A program made the position numbers and the translations under genes. Shown piece by piece: positions 19,987 to 29,341 of a DNA stretch of 64,000 nt; the stretch's first letter is position 1; each line of letters starts with the position of its first letter. The stretch lies in assembly GCA_963668025.2 (NCBI GenBank), contig CAXXTH010000013.1, positions 1-64,000 of the forward strand. The letters run 5' to 3'. This DNA is from Candidatus Hydrogenedentota bacterium (GTDB lineage: Bacteria; Hydrogenedentota; Hydrogenedentia; Hydrogenedentales; SLHB01). Below the pieces are notes generated by a model, which did not search any database, was not told the DNA's origin, and was given only the letters and a program-made list of their open reading frames with translations.

Positions 19987-21216
19987 TTACTTCTGCTGGC
20001 TCCCCATAATCGTTTCTGGCGTGGAGGCCTTGATCGACAAGCCGCTGAGGCGAATATCGGTCCGATAAGCTCCCCAAATTTCCCAGCCGACCAGGATGCT
20101 TTGGATGAAATAGCCATCCGCGGACAGGGCGGTGTTGTAGCGCTTGTTAATGGCGGCAACCGCTTTTTTCGTGAGTGTATGCGCGTTAATCGAAACCTTC
20201 ATGGAGCGCCCAGGTTCGAGCCGCATGTTGTCAGCCGTGATATAAACGGGATTATTGGCTGGCTCCAGGCCAAGCCATGGGGAATCCAAACCGTCGTAAC
20301 GCTCTCCCGAATCGCTGTAGAACAAAGGATACACCTCGTATATCACGGTTGGATCGCATAGGTCTGTTTTGCCCGAAAATTTGCCTGTTTCGTGTTTCAT
20401 AACGAATGTCGCATAAAAGAAACAGTGGTCCGGGATGCTTTGTTCTCCCCAAGTACCCGGTGGACACTGTGGCGGATCACCTTTGGCGCTACTGATTAGC
20501 TCCGCCTCGAACTCGAACGTGGCTTTATCGTAGTTGCCCAGCCGGAGTTTTTTGTCTGGAGCATTGGGATCTTCAATGTCCTGGGAAAGAAGGAAATGCG
20601 GCCAGTTCCAAGCGCCGCTCATATACTGTGGTTCGACACCATCTTGAGGCAGGCAAAGATTGCAGCCGTTGCGCCATTCTTTCCCGGTATCGAACACATA
20701 TCTGATCTCACCCAACGCCTGGTCAATCTCGAAACGTTTGGAGCCGTCTTTGGATGCATAAATGATCTTGGAGCCGTCGATAGACGGCGTATTGGGATTA
20801 TCACAGAAACGCGTGTTTTCTGCGACGGTTATGAACTGCCAGTGAGAGGCTGGGGTGGATGGGAGCGCCGCTTTCCACCGTTCCAGGCAGGTGCTTCCAG
20901 CGCCTAGGATGTTGGCTCCGTTAGTGGGCGGGCGTACTCCGTTTTCGAAACGCCGGTCCTGCAGCAGTTCTGTAACTATTGGCTGCGGCGAGTTGTTGGC
21001 ATCGATTTCCTGGCCGTATGAAGTGCGTGATGTTGGGGCATTATCGTCGTTTTGCATGTGAGCCACCTGCCGAAGGTTCGTTGCGAGAATCCCGATGACC
21101 GCGAGTATGATAACCAATGGGATGATAGTGAAAGGTTTGATTGATGGCATGGCATATATCCTTCTGCCTGTTCTCCTAACCGCGCCCATGATAGCCAAAA
21201 GGCGTGCTATGAGCAT
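19987..21216 (-). CDS. Hypothetical exported/membrane-anchored protein (start may be ATG 21150)
   Basis: 409-aa ORF with an N-terminal TM segment and a beta-rich, Trp/Cys-containing body ending SILVGWEIWG. Confidence 0.75.
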   Translation of the reverse strand: MLIARLLAIMGAVRRTGRRIYAMPSIKPFTIIPLVIILAVIGILATNLRQVAHMQNDDNAPTSRTSYGQEIDANNSPQPIVTELLQDRRFENGVRPPTNGANILGAGSTCLERWKAALPSTPASHWQFITVAENTRFCDNPNTPSIDGSKIIYASKDGSKRFEIDQALGEIRYVFDTGKEWRNGCNLCLPQDGVEPQYMSGAWNWPHFLLSQDIEDPNAPDKKLRLGNYDKATFEFEAELISSAKGDPPQCPPGTWGEQSIPDHCFFYATFVMKHETGKFSGKTDLCDPTVIYEVYPLFYSDSGERYDGLDSPWLGLEPANNPVYITADNMRLEPGRSMKVSINAHTLTKKAVAAINKRYNTALSADGYFIQSILVGWEIWGAYRTDIRLSGLSIKASTPETIMGSQQK

Positions 21217-21289
21217 GTATCGAAGCGCTAAAAAAATGTAATGAAATTCACCAATAGGTGCGGATAGGGGCTATTTTTTGGGGGGAGGA

Positions 21290-21730
21290 TCAGAACAGGA
21301 CTGAGGCGAGCAGAACGATGACCACGGCGCCGCAGGCCGCGCCTAATAATGAAAACCGGTTCTGATGCGCCCATGCCGCCGCCATGCGCCAGTCCATGCG
21401 CCGGGATGGAACGACGAAATCATCTATATCCGCGGCATTGCCCACGATGCCACGAGCTTGCTTGGCGTTGATGCGGCTGGCGAGGCGCGCCGCACGGGGA
21501 TCGCCATGGCGCGCCACCAATTGCTGCGCCACCTTGAGGGCTTCACCGGTGCGGCCCAGCATGGCCAGGCAGAGCGCCCGGGGATACAGGATGTTCTTGG
21601 TGTTCGGATAGGCGGCGTCCAGCGTGTCGAGCAGCGCCAATGCGTCGGCGTAACGCCGCTCCGCGAAGAGGCGCTTGGCTTGGTCGAACCGGGCTGTGGC
21701 TTCTCTGCTTTTCACGAATAGTTCCCTCAA
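21290..21730 (-). CDS. Tetratricopeptide-repeat protein with a C-terminal TM segment
   Basis: AKRLFAERRYADALALL...YP...LYPRALCLAMLGRTGEAL TPR pattern. Confidence 0.7.
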   Translation of the reverse strand: MRELFVKSREATARFDQAKRLFAERRYADALALLDTLDAAYPNTKNILYPRALCLAMLGRTGEALKVAQQLVARHGDPRAARLASRINAKQARGIVGNAADIDDFVVPSRRMDWRMAAAWAHQNRFSLLGAACGAVVIVLLASVLF

Positions 21731-21830
21731 AACAAAGCATACAATGCTTTAAGCCGCCGTGCAAGAATTGCTCGAGTAAATTGCTGTTGTTGCGTTGTGA
21801 TGGTATGCTTGATATAGGAAAGGAAGGTGC

Positions 21831-22073
21831 ATGATGCTTCAAACAATTGAGGCCATAATTGATCAAGATAGGACGCTTCGTGTGCTTGAACCCATCCAGT
21901 TGCCAAAAAGCCGCCGTGTATTGATTACTATATTCGAGGAAGAGCCGTCAAGCGAGATGGCGAATCTAGCAATATTAAGCGAGCTTTCGTTGGCTAAAGA
22001 TTGGGAACGCCCCGAGGAGGATGAGGCGTGGTCGCACTTATCCCAGCTTCCATCATGTAGCTGTTCTGAATGA
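21831..22073 (+). CDS. Putative type II antitoxin (AbrB/DUF104-like N-terminus, acidic DW.RPEEDEAW tail)
   Basis: MLQTIEAIID..LRVLEPIQLP..RVLITI and LSELSLAKDWERPEEDEAWSHL. GGAAGGT RBS. Confidence 0.65.
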   Translation: MMLQTIEAIIDQDRTLRVLEPIQLPKSRRVLITIFEEEPSSEMANLAILSELSLAKDWERPEEDEAWSHLSQLPSCSCSE

Positions 22074-22134
22074 CGGAACGCTCCGCGCCATCGTGACCGC
22101 GATGATTGAAGCGTTGCAGAAAAGTATCTCATAG
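22028..22134 (+). pseudogene. Internally deleted PemK/MazF-like toxin remnant
   Basis: A GTG start overlapping the antitoxin tail (MVALIPASI) is joined out of frame to HVAVLNDGTLRAIVTAMIEALQKSIS*, which resembles a PemK C-terminal helix. Confidence 0.45.
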
Positions 22135-22193
22135 AAGAACTATTTTAGCAAATAACTGTATATGCACTTAACAACAATAATGGAGGATAAACA

Positions 22194-23183
22194 ATGGATG
22201 GGATTATTTGCCTGTGGCACGGCGTGAGGCGGGCCATGGTTTTAGGTGTGGTGCTGGCTTCGGTGGTTCACCTGGCGGCATATGGCGCGCCAGCGCCCCA
22301 ACTGGCGGCGGCGACGGGGGCTTCGAGCGCCGTGGATCCGGAACAGGCGGGGGCGGAAGCGGCAAAGGCCGCATTGAAGGGCTTGAACGGTGCGGAGCCT
22401 GTGCTGGTGTTGGTGTTTGACCATATGCCCGGCGCGCTGGCCGAGAAGGAGGCTTTGTTGAAGGGGGTATCGACCGCTTTCGATCCCTCCTTGGTCTATG
22501 GCTCGGATGCCTTTGGCCATCCCATCACGGAGGCGGGCAATAGTGGAACAGTAGCGGTCCTGGCCTTGTCGGGCCCCCTCACGGTCCATTCGGCGGTGGC
22601 GGCGGTGGGCGGCAATCACCGGGCCTGCGGCGAGCGGATAGGCGCGGGACTCCAGGAGGCGGCCAAGGCCGATGCGCCCGGACGGCTGGTAGTGCTGCTG
22701 GGGGAATGCCACGTGCCCGCCAATGCGGACCTGGTGCAGGGCGTCAACGCGGTGCTTGGGGCGGATTTCCCGGTCGTTGGGGCGGCCCATCCATTGGGCG
22801 GCTACCTCTACTGCCAGGGCAAGGTGTCGCAGGACACCGGTATGGCCCTGCTGCTTACGGGAGACTTCCGTTGCGGCTACAGCTTGCGCAATGGGGACGG
22901 GGTCGAGGGCATCATTACGTCTGCGGGCGAAGCGGCGCGTGAAGCGGTGGGAGATGGCGGCGGCCGTTTGGCGGCCTTGCTGGCGTTCGACTGTGCTGGC
23001 CGCATGGCGGCCCTGGGCGACGCCCCTACACGCACCCGGGAGCTGGAGGCCATCAAGGCGCAGGCGGCCGGGAAACCGGTCTTTGGATTCTACAGCAGCG
23101 GTGAAATCGGCCTGCGCCCAGGCTCGAAGACCCCGGAAGGAGTCGGGTTGCATCTTTCCACCTGCGCCCTGCTGCGGCCATGA
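22194..23183 (+). CDS. FIST (NosP-like) domain protein with a signal peptide
   Basis: FIST_C signature AFDCAGR...PVFGFYSSGEIG, plus FPVVGAA and an N-terminal hydrophobic signal. Confidence 0.85.
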   Translation: MDGIICLWHGVRRAMVLGVVLASVVHLAAYGAPAPQLAAATGASSAVDPEQAGAEAAKAALKGLNGAEPVLVLVFDHMPGALAEKEALLKGVSTAFDPSLVYGSDAFGHPITEAGNSGTVAVLALSGPLTVHSAVAAVGGNHRACGERIGAGLQEAAKADAPGRLVVLLGECHVPANADLVQGVNAVLGADFPVVGAAHPLGGYLYCQGKVSQDTGMALLLTGDFRCGYSLRNGDGVEGIITSAGEAAREAVGDGGGRLAALLAFDCAGRMAALGDAPTRTRELEAIKAQAAGKPVFGFYSSGEIGLRPGSKTPEGVGLHLSTCALLRP

Positions 23184-23559
23184 GTATGTGGTTACTACAT
23201 GAAACATCGCGCTTCGGAGCACTTGTCGGCGGCCCCCGAGGCGCGGTTCATATGGTGTCACTGCCCGGTTGGTCAGTATCATCCTAGTCCTCTAAGCTAT
23301 GACTGACCACATATAGGGACACAAAGAGACCTTCTTTATGTCCTGCCGTCTATTTTGCTATGAATATTCATCGGATATTTCCAATGAAAGAAGCTCTATG
23401 AGTGACTTATCATGTACAGACAGAGAGCGAGGCTTCCAGTAAGATGACATTTCCAGTAATACGAAAGCGATCCGGAAATGACATGAACGAAGAAGGCCTA
23501 ACAAGTATGCTGTCGCATTACGGTGCGTATACCTGTGTGGAAAGGACTAGGAATGGGAG

Positions 23560-24456
23560 ATGCGCGGTATGGAACACACGCCTGATGAGTTTGAGAGCAT
23601 AATGCGTCAAATCGATGATGAGCTCGGGAAGCAAGGAGTACCGGTTTTCAAGAGGCCATTAGTGGCGGCAACAAAATATCCCTGCAAAAACAAACTTATA
23701 GGTAACTTTGAACCTGATCCGCGTATGGGATCCTATGAAGGGCCAAATCTTTTTGTTAGTATAGATAAGTGGTACAAAAAATACTATCCAGTTCACTCAG
23801 TTCTCCCCGATAGGCTTCATACACGTATTGTGCTCCTGCGTGGCGAGCCATTTCGTCTACGTATTCCGTACGTCTTCAACGCTTTTGGGAAACTGAAAGT
23901 ATTCGATTACCTTGAGGACGTATCACCAGCGCTTCTTGATTTGATTGATGAACGGCAGCGTTTAATCCTGCAAAGGAGGTTCGATGTATTCTGTAGGGAA
24001 ACATCGAATATATTGTTGTGTATTGCAGTTACCAAAACTGCCGAAAAAACTCTTGTACCACAACTCCTTAAGGCTGGATGGGCAGACCTAAAGTCTTGTG
24101 GCGGTGGATTCAACCGACAAGATCCTGGATCGACGCTGTTCCCTGCCCAGCAAGCAACAGAGAAATACTTGAAAGCTTATCTTCTTTTCAGAGACGACTC
24201 CGTTACCGAGAAAGACCTTAAAGGGAAATATGGGCACAAAATAGAGGAGTTGCTCTCAGCGTGTGCTGCTATTTCCGCAGAATTCGAGCAAGTCTTGCCC
24301 GATATAGATCGGCTTTCTTTTGACCAAGGAGTCCGATACCAACGACCCAATCTTACATTACATGATATTGTAGATAGAATAGATCTCTCCCATTCTATCT
24401 GCAACCTGATTGCAAGTCTATTGATTAAGCTACAGAAAAGCGGCTACACGTGTTAA
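23560..24456 (+). CDS. HEPN domain-containing protein
   Basis: C-terminal AQQATEKYLKAYL...GHKIEELL...VRY HEPN pattern. Lower GC than its flanks. Confidence 0.8.
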   Translation: MRGMEHTPDEFESIMRQIDDELGKQGVPVFKRPLVAATKYPCKNKLIGNFEPDPRMGSYEGPNLFVSIDKWYKKYYPVHSVLPDRLHTRIVLLRGEPFRLRIPYVFNAFGKLKVFDYLEDVSPALLDLIDERQRLILQRRFDVFCRETSNILLCIAVTKTAEKTLVPQLLKAGWADLKSCGGGFNRQDPGSTLFPAQQATEKYLKAYLLFRDDSVTEKDLKGKYGHKIEELLSACAAISAEFEQVLPDIDRLSFDQGVRYQRPNLTLHDIVDRIDLSHSICNLIASLLIKLQKSGYTC

Positions 24457-24667
24457 TTCTGAAAGATACTACTTGCGGCAGGAAAAAACGCAAATACGAT
24501 GTGATGACAGTTTCATTACTGGCCCTACCACGGACAAGACGTCAACTCGAAATTGTCTTTCATCAGACAACGATGGCCGTCTTGCAGTGGCAAGTTGCTG
24601 TAGTGCCCGATCAGGTGGCTCTGCATATAGGCCTGCGGCGGATAACTGTGTCGGTTTTTCCGTAGAA

Positions 24668-24741
24668 TTCGTGGTGAACCTCTTTGTGACTTGGTGGTGA
24701 ATTGTCCGGATAGTTCACCACCAAGACACCACGACACGAAG
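24668..24741. repeat. TTCACCAC-family palindromic repeat
   Basis: CTTGGTGGTGAA-loop-TTCACCACCAAG stem extended by ACACCACGACACGAAG. Same arm motif as the hairpins at 45775 and 46155. Confidence 0.65.
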
Positions 24742-24905
24742 AAAAAAACCGGATTCAAACGCGCCTGGTTATTCATGAATCGAAATCCCTCTCAATTGAA
24801 AAGCGGCGAAATGCATCAAGCATAAACACCGCTATTCAAGAAACAACTCTTCGACATGATCGAGCAGGCCTTGGACCCACGGCTTCATCGGTTAAGTTCT
24901 TCTTC

Positions 24906-27032
24906 CTATTTTTGTAGTAAAAAAATGCGCGTCTCGCCGGGCGCGAAGGGTGCATGGGCCGCGCCGGTTATTGTATCACCCGCTGGCAGGATGGGCTGCC
25001 CCGTTACGCCTTCGGGCAGGATGATTTCCTTTTCACCGCCTTCGCCGTAGTGGACAAACAGGGTGCGGCCGTCGCATTGGACTGCGCCGCCTTGAGCGGC
25101 CCAGCGGTGCGCGCCGAGGCGGGCGAGGAGCTTGCCGGCCATTTCATCCGTGAGCTTCGCGCTGCCGATGAACACGGAGGTATGGCGGCCATGCTGCTTG
25201 ATCGCGGCGGATACGCCTCCGCCGTGCTGGTAGGTTCCGAGGACGGCGGCTTCCGCATCGGCGCACGCAATCCGTGGCGTTAGGAACAAGTCTTCGCCCC
25301 AAGTGCATCCTTCGAGGCTTCCCGCGCCTGTGCTGGCCATGGGGCCGCTGTCCGCCGCCAAGGCCATGCCGGTGAGCTGGGTTGCTCCCGCCAGGCTGGG
25401 CTTGCCATCGAGCAGATAACCTGGTGCGTATTGCCACACCGCCGCCGCGCCTTCCTCGTCGAGGCGCGCGAGGATGCGCTCGATGCGCGCCGCGTCCACG
25501 GCGAAAAGGTCCGGGAACCAATAGACGCCGCATTTGGGCGTCTGGCCCGCCAAGAAGTCTTTGAGGTAATAATAGCCACAGGTGACGCCCGAGCGCCCGA
25601 AGACCTCGCGGGCCTTTCGGCACATAAAGTCGTAGATGGGGCTGTAGCATGCCTGGCCTTCAATGGCGGGGTAGTTCAGGTAATTCAGCGAGGCTTCATC
25701 GACGATGACAGCCACATCGGGTGTGTAGGGGGCTGGCGCTTCGATAAGGGTGTCGTAAAGCGGGGAGAGCGTTTCCTTGATTCGCCGCCAGACGACGGGA
25801 TCGGCATAGGCTCCGGCTGCGATGAGGTCCATCCACCAAGTGCCGCAGCGGTGGGTGAGGAGGCCGCCGAATTCGCGCGTGATGACGCCTAGGGTTTCCG
25901 CCTGATCTTTGGCGCGCGGGCCAAGGCCGGACTCGGTGATCCATTCGGGCAGCGAGGAGATATCGAGTATGTCCGTACGATAGTCGTTTTCGACCAGCCA
26001 CAGTTTTCCGTTCACGGGCAACGAGTCAATGGCGGTCATGAAGCCGCCCGAGCCGCCCGGCTGGCGGTCCATGTAGGAGAGGGGGCTCACGAAGATATCG
26101 GCGTCCGGGCACTCGATGGCGGTCTCCATGTCGAAATGCCCCGAGGTGGCCCCGTGCATCTCGAAGAAATAGCCGTAAAAGAGCAGCACGAGCTTGTTCG
26201 GCCCCGCCGTCTGCTTGGTGAGGGTGGCGAGGCTCATGACGCGGCGCGCCATCAGTTCATTCGTGTAGAAATGGAAGTCGCACAGCGGCTGCTGTTCGGG
26301 TAAAGCAAGAAACGAGGCGAACGGCGCATCAAGCAAGCCGCATGGGGCGCTGGCGAGTCCGGGCATGGGGGGGAGCATGGCGGTGTCCAGTGTGACACGG
26401 TCATCGCCCCACGCGGCTTGCAGCGCGCCATCATCGCCATACCGCGCCGTGAGCCACCGCCGGAACGCTTGCGCGTTCACGGCGCTGTAGTCTGGGCCTT
26501 TCAGCCAATACTCGTAGTGAAACCATTCGCCCGTGTTCTGGCCGCAGGGATGGTAGCCGATGATGCGTTCTGCGAAGCGGCTGTTTTCGAAATGGCGGAT
26601 GGCGCGCGCATAGCTTTCCGTGAGGGTATTCCACCATAGTTCCGAGGCGAGGCAGGTCATGTCCGCCTTCGAGCCATCGGCATGCTGAACCAATTCATTG
26701 GGATGCTCCGCCATCCATGCCGCCGAGCCTTCGGTGCGCAAACGGGGAATAAACAACGCATCGGGATCAGCTTCCAGGAAGGCGTCGAAGAAGGCCTCGC
26801 CTCGAGCGTAGACGGCCTCCTCTGATTCGCCGGGCCACGGCCAAGGCACACAGAGCGAGTAGAGGTGTACGCCCGCTTCCGACGCGAGTTTCACTTGCGG
26901 CGTGAGGAATTTCCGCCCGGTTTCCACTTCGGTATTGAAGAAGAAGATCAGGGGGCGGGTGGGCTTGCCGTTGATTTGAAGCACAGGGGTTCCCTGCTGC
27001 ATCACTATATTTGCGTCTAGTTTGCTGTTCAT
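24906..27032 (-). CDS. Putative GH42-like (clan GH-A) glycoside hydrolase, no signal peptide
   Basis: IIGYHPCGQNTGEWF, DYS..AFRRWL..RY....LQAAW, ENDYRT, WWMDL. Confidence 0.75.
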   Translation of the reverse strand: MNSKLDANIVMQQGTPVLQINGKPTRPLIFFFNTEVETGRKFLTPQVKLASEAGVHLYSLCVPWPWPGESEEAVYARGEAFFDAFLEADPDALFIPRLRTEGSAAWMAEHPNELVQHADGSKADMTCLASELWWNTLTESYARAIRHFENSRFAERIIGYHPCGQNTGEWFHYEYWLKGPDYSAVNAQAFRRWLTARYGDDGALQAAWGDDRVTLDTAMLPPMPGLASAPCGLLDAPFASFLALPEQQPLCDFHFYTNELMARRVMSLATLTKQTAGPNKLVLLFYGYFFEMHGATSGHFDMETAIECPDADIFVSPLSYMDRQPGGSGGFMTAIDSLPVNGKLWLVENDYRTDILDISSLPEWITESGLGPRAKDQAETLGVITREFGGLLTHRCGTWWMDLIAAGAYADPVVWRRIKETLSPLYDTLIEAPAPYTPDVAVIVDEASLNYLNYPAIEGQACYSPIYDFMCRKAREVFGRSGVTCGYYYLKDFLAGQTPKCGVYWFPDLFAVDAARIERILARLDEEGAAAVWQYAPGYLLDGKPSLAGATQLTGMALAADSGPMASTGAGSLEGCTWGEDLFLTPRIACADAEAAVLGTYQHGGGVSAAIKQHGRHTSVFIGSAKLTDEMAGKLLARLGAHRWAAQGGAVQCDGRTLFVHYGEGGEKEIILPEGVTGQPILPAGDTITGAAHAPFAPGETRIFLLQK

Positions 27033-27050
27033 GTGGATTTCCTTATGTTT

Positions 27051-29267
27051 CTATTGAACCGGAGAGAGTTCCAGCCAGGCCGATTCGTCTCGTTCTAGTT
27101 GGAGTTCCACAAGGCCGCCTTCTTGTTTCACGAGCGTTCCGCTGATTACCGAGGCTTTTATCCCTTCGGGCAGGCGGATGGCCAGCGGCCCGGCAGCGCT
27201 ACGGTGGACCTCTAATGTGCGGCCGTCGCATTGCACGATGGAATCATCGGATGTCCAAATATGCGCGCCTGCCTGCTCGAATACTTTCCGCATCACCGAG
27301 GGTGTCAAAGCGATATCGGCGAGGTAAACACTCTGGAAGCCATCGGATTTTTTGCGTGCCGCGGAGATAGCGCCATCACTGTCGTAACGGCCCATTACTT
27401 CCGCTTCGGGGTCTTCCACCACGGGGCGCGGCGAGACGTTCTCCGCCCAGCCCCATGCCATTCCGGCCAGCAGCCCTTCGCCAGTGCTGCCTTGTACGCC
27501 TGACTTGGAAGCGGTTTTGATACCCGTGAGCGATTCGCACCGCGCGGCGTCAAAACCTTTTGGGCCGTAAGCGTTCGGCGCGTAGACCCAAAGGGCGGTG
27601 GCCTGTTCTTTCGCTAGGCGCGCCCGTATTTGGGTGGTTTGCTCGGTTGTGAGCCAATTCGTGTTGGGGAAGAGATAGGCCTTGCACGGCGGTACGACGC
27701 CATCAATGAAATCCTTGAGCGTGTAGAAGCCGGCTGTCACCCCGGCCTTCATGGAGATATTGCGCATTTCGAAGAGGAGATGGTTGTAGGCATCCCAATC
27801 GCTTTTGTAAATGGCTTTTGAACGTTCATCTACGATAAAGGCCACATCGGGATGGTAGGGTGATGGATTATCATATATACGCTTGTAGAGGGGCATGCGG
27901 GCTTTCATCAGCGCCCATTGGGCGGGATCATTGAACGCACCGCCCGCGAGGAGGTCCATCCACCAAGTGCCTGCGCGGTGGGTGAAGGCGTTGCCCAGGT
28001 TGCGGCCCAGCATGCCGAGGGTTTCTTGCATGTCTTTGGCTTGGCCGCCACACCATAAGCTGATCGATGGAGGTACTTTTTTGATGTCAAGCACGCTCGT
28101 GCGGCTGTCGTCCTCGTTGAACCACAGCTTGCCGTGGGCGGAAATGCTGTCCACCGGCGACATGAAACCGCCGGGATCGCCGCCCACGCGGCCCATATAG
28201 GTGTAGGGGCTGGCGAGGATATCCACCTCCGGGCATGCAAGGACGCGGTCTAGGCGGCTGTGGCCGGAGAAACTGCCGCATAGCTCGAAAGTGTAGCCAT
28301 AAAAGAACGCCGCCAGTTTTTTACTTTGCGTTTCCTGCTTGATGAGCTTGGCCCAATCGATGATGCGTTCCGCGGTAATGTCGCTCACATACAGAGAATA
28401 GTCAATCCAGTCTTGTTCTTTTGGGAGTTGATAAAACATCTCGACGGTAAGGCCTTTTTCGGTCTCGATGCCATGCATGGGAAAGCGGCCAGGCTCCGTA
28501 GGGGGCATGCTGGCCGTATCGAGCGTAATGTCCGTGCGGCCCCAGGCGGCTTGCAAGGCTTCGTCCGTCTTGTATTGTTCCCGCAGCCAAATTCGGAAAC
28601 GCGCTTGGTTCACGGGGCTGTAATCCGGGCCTTTTTCGCGGTATTTATCAGCGAACATTTCATGCTCGGGGCCGCCTACATGGTAGCCGATGATCCGGTT
28701 CCCGTAAGGGCTTTCCTCGACGTGGCGGATGTCATTTGCTAACTGGTTATTTGTAAGATCCCAAAAAAAACTGGACGCCATGGAAATGAAGTTGTGGGTT
28801 CCATCCGCGAAGAGGGATAGCTCCGATTCCGGTATGGATTTCCATTCGGCCCAGAATGGCCATGGTCCGGGAAACATGCGCAGGAGAAACACGGCTTGCG
28901 GGTCCGCTTCGAGAATGGCCGCGACATCGTTATCCGCACGCGTATACAGAACAGCTTTTCCATCATCGGAACGTTCCACCCGGAACGGGAAGGAGTAGAG
29001 ATGGACCCCCGCATCGCGGGCCAGCGCCACTTGCGAACGCAGGAATTCGCGTGAGTATTCGCCGGGGATATCGGTGTTGGGGAAAAACACCAGCGGCAAA
29101 TAGGGAGCGTTATTCAATGTGAGAAGCGGAACGCCGTTTTTGATTTGTATGGATGCTTGCTCGATGGAGGCTGGAGGGGTTTGGGCGGTTACGGTTGCAC
29201 ATAATGTGAGCATGGCGGATATGCAAAGCAGGTGATAACCATGGTGAATGGAGTGGATGATGGACAT
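27051..29267 (-). CDS. Putative GH42-like glycoside hydrolase, exported paralog
   Basis: Signal peptide ending TVTA; IIGYHVGGPEHE, DYS..RFRIWL..Y....LQAAW, EDDSRT, WWMDL. Collinear with the downstream gene. Confidence 0.75.
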   Translation of the reverse strand: MSIIHSIHHGYHLLCISAMLTLCATVTAQTPPASIEQASIQIKNGVPLLTLNNAPYLPLVFFPNTDIPGEYSREFLRSQVALARDAGVHLYSFPFRVERSDDGKAVLYTRADNDVAAILEADPQAVFLLRMFPGPWPFWAEWKSIPESELSLFADGTHNFISMASSFFWDLTNNQLANDIRHVEESPYGNRIIGYHVGGPEHEMFADKYREKGPDYSPVNQARFRIWLREQYKTDEALQAAWGRTDITLDTASMPPTEPGRFPMHGIETEKGLTVEMFYQLPKEQDWIDYSLYVSDITAERIIDWAKLIKQETQSKKLAAFFYGYTFELCGSFSGHSRLDRVLACPEVDILASPYTYMGRVGGDPGGFMSPVDSISAHGKLWFNEDDSRTSVLDIKKVPPSISLWCGGQAKDMQETLGMLGRNLGNAFTHRAGTWWMDLLAGGAFNDPAQWALMKARMPLYKRIYDNPSPYHPDVAFIVDERSKAIYKSDWDAYNHLLFEMRNISMKAGVTAGFYTLKDFIDGVVPPCKAYLFPNTNWLTTEQTTQIRARLAKEQATALWVYAPNAYGPKGFDAARCESLTGIKTASKSGVQGSTGEGLLAGMAWGWAENVSPRPVVEDPEAEVMGRYDSDGAISAARKKSDGFQSVYLADIALTPSVMRKVFEQAGAHIWTSDDSIVQCDGRTLEVHRSAAGPLAIRLPEGIKASVISGTLVKQEGGLVELQLERDESAWLELSPVQ

Positions 29268-29341
29268 AGCTATTTCCTTTTTGAGTTGTGGCCTTAAAGA
29301 GATATCACTAATGTAAAACGTGTTTTATTCATGCCTGGCGA

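Noticed and set aside
22242-23282. 346-aa antisense ORF and similar long shadow ORFs (e.g. 12269-13444)
   Set aside because: They overlap well-supported genes on the opposite strand in GC-rich DNA and show no protein motifs.
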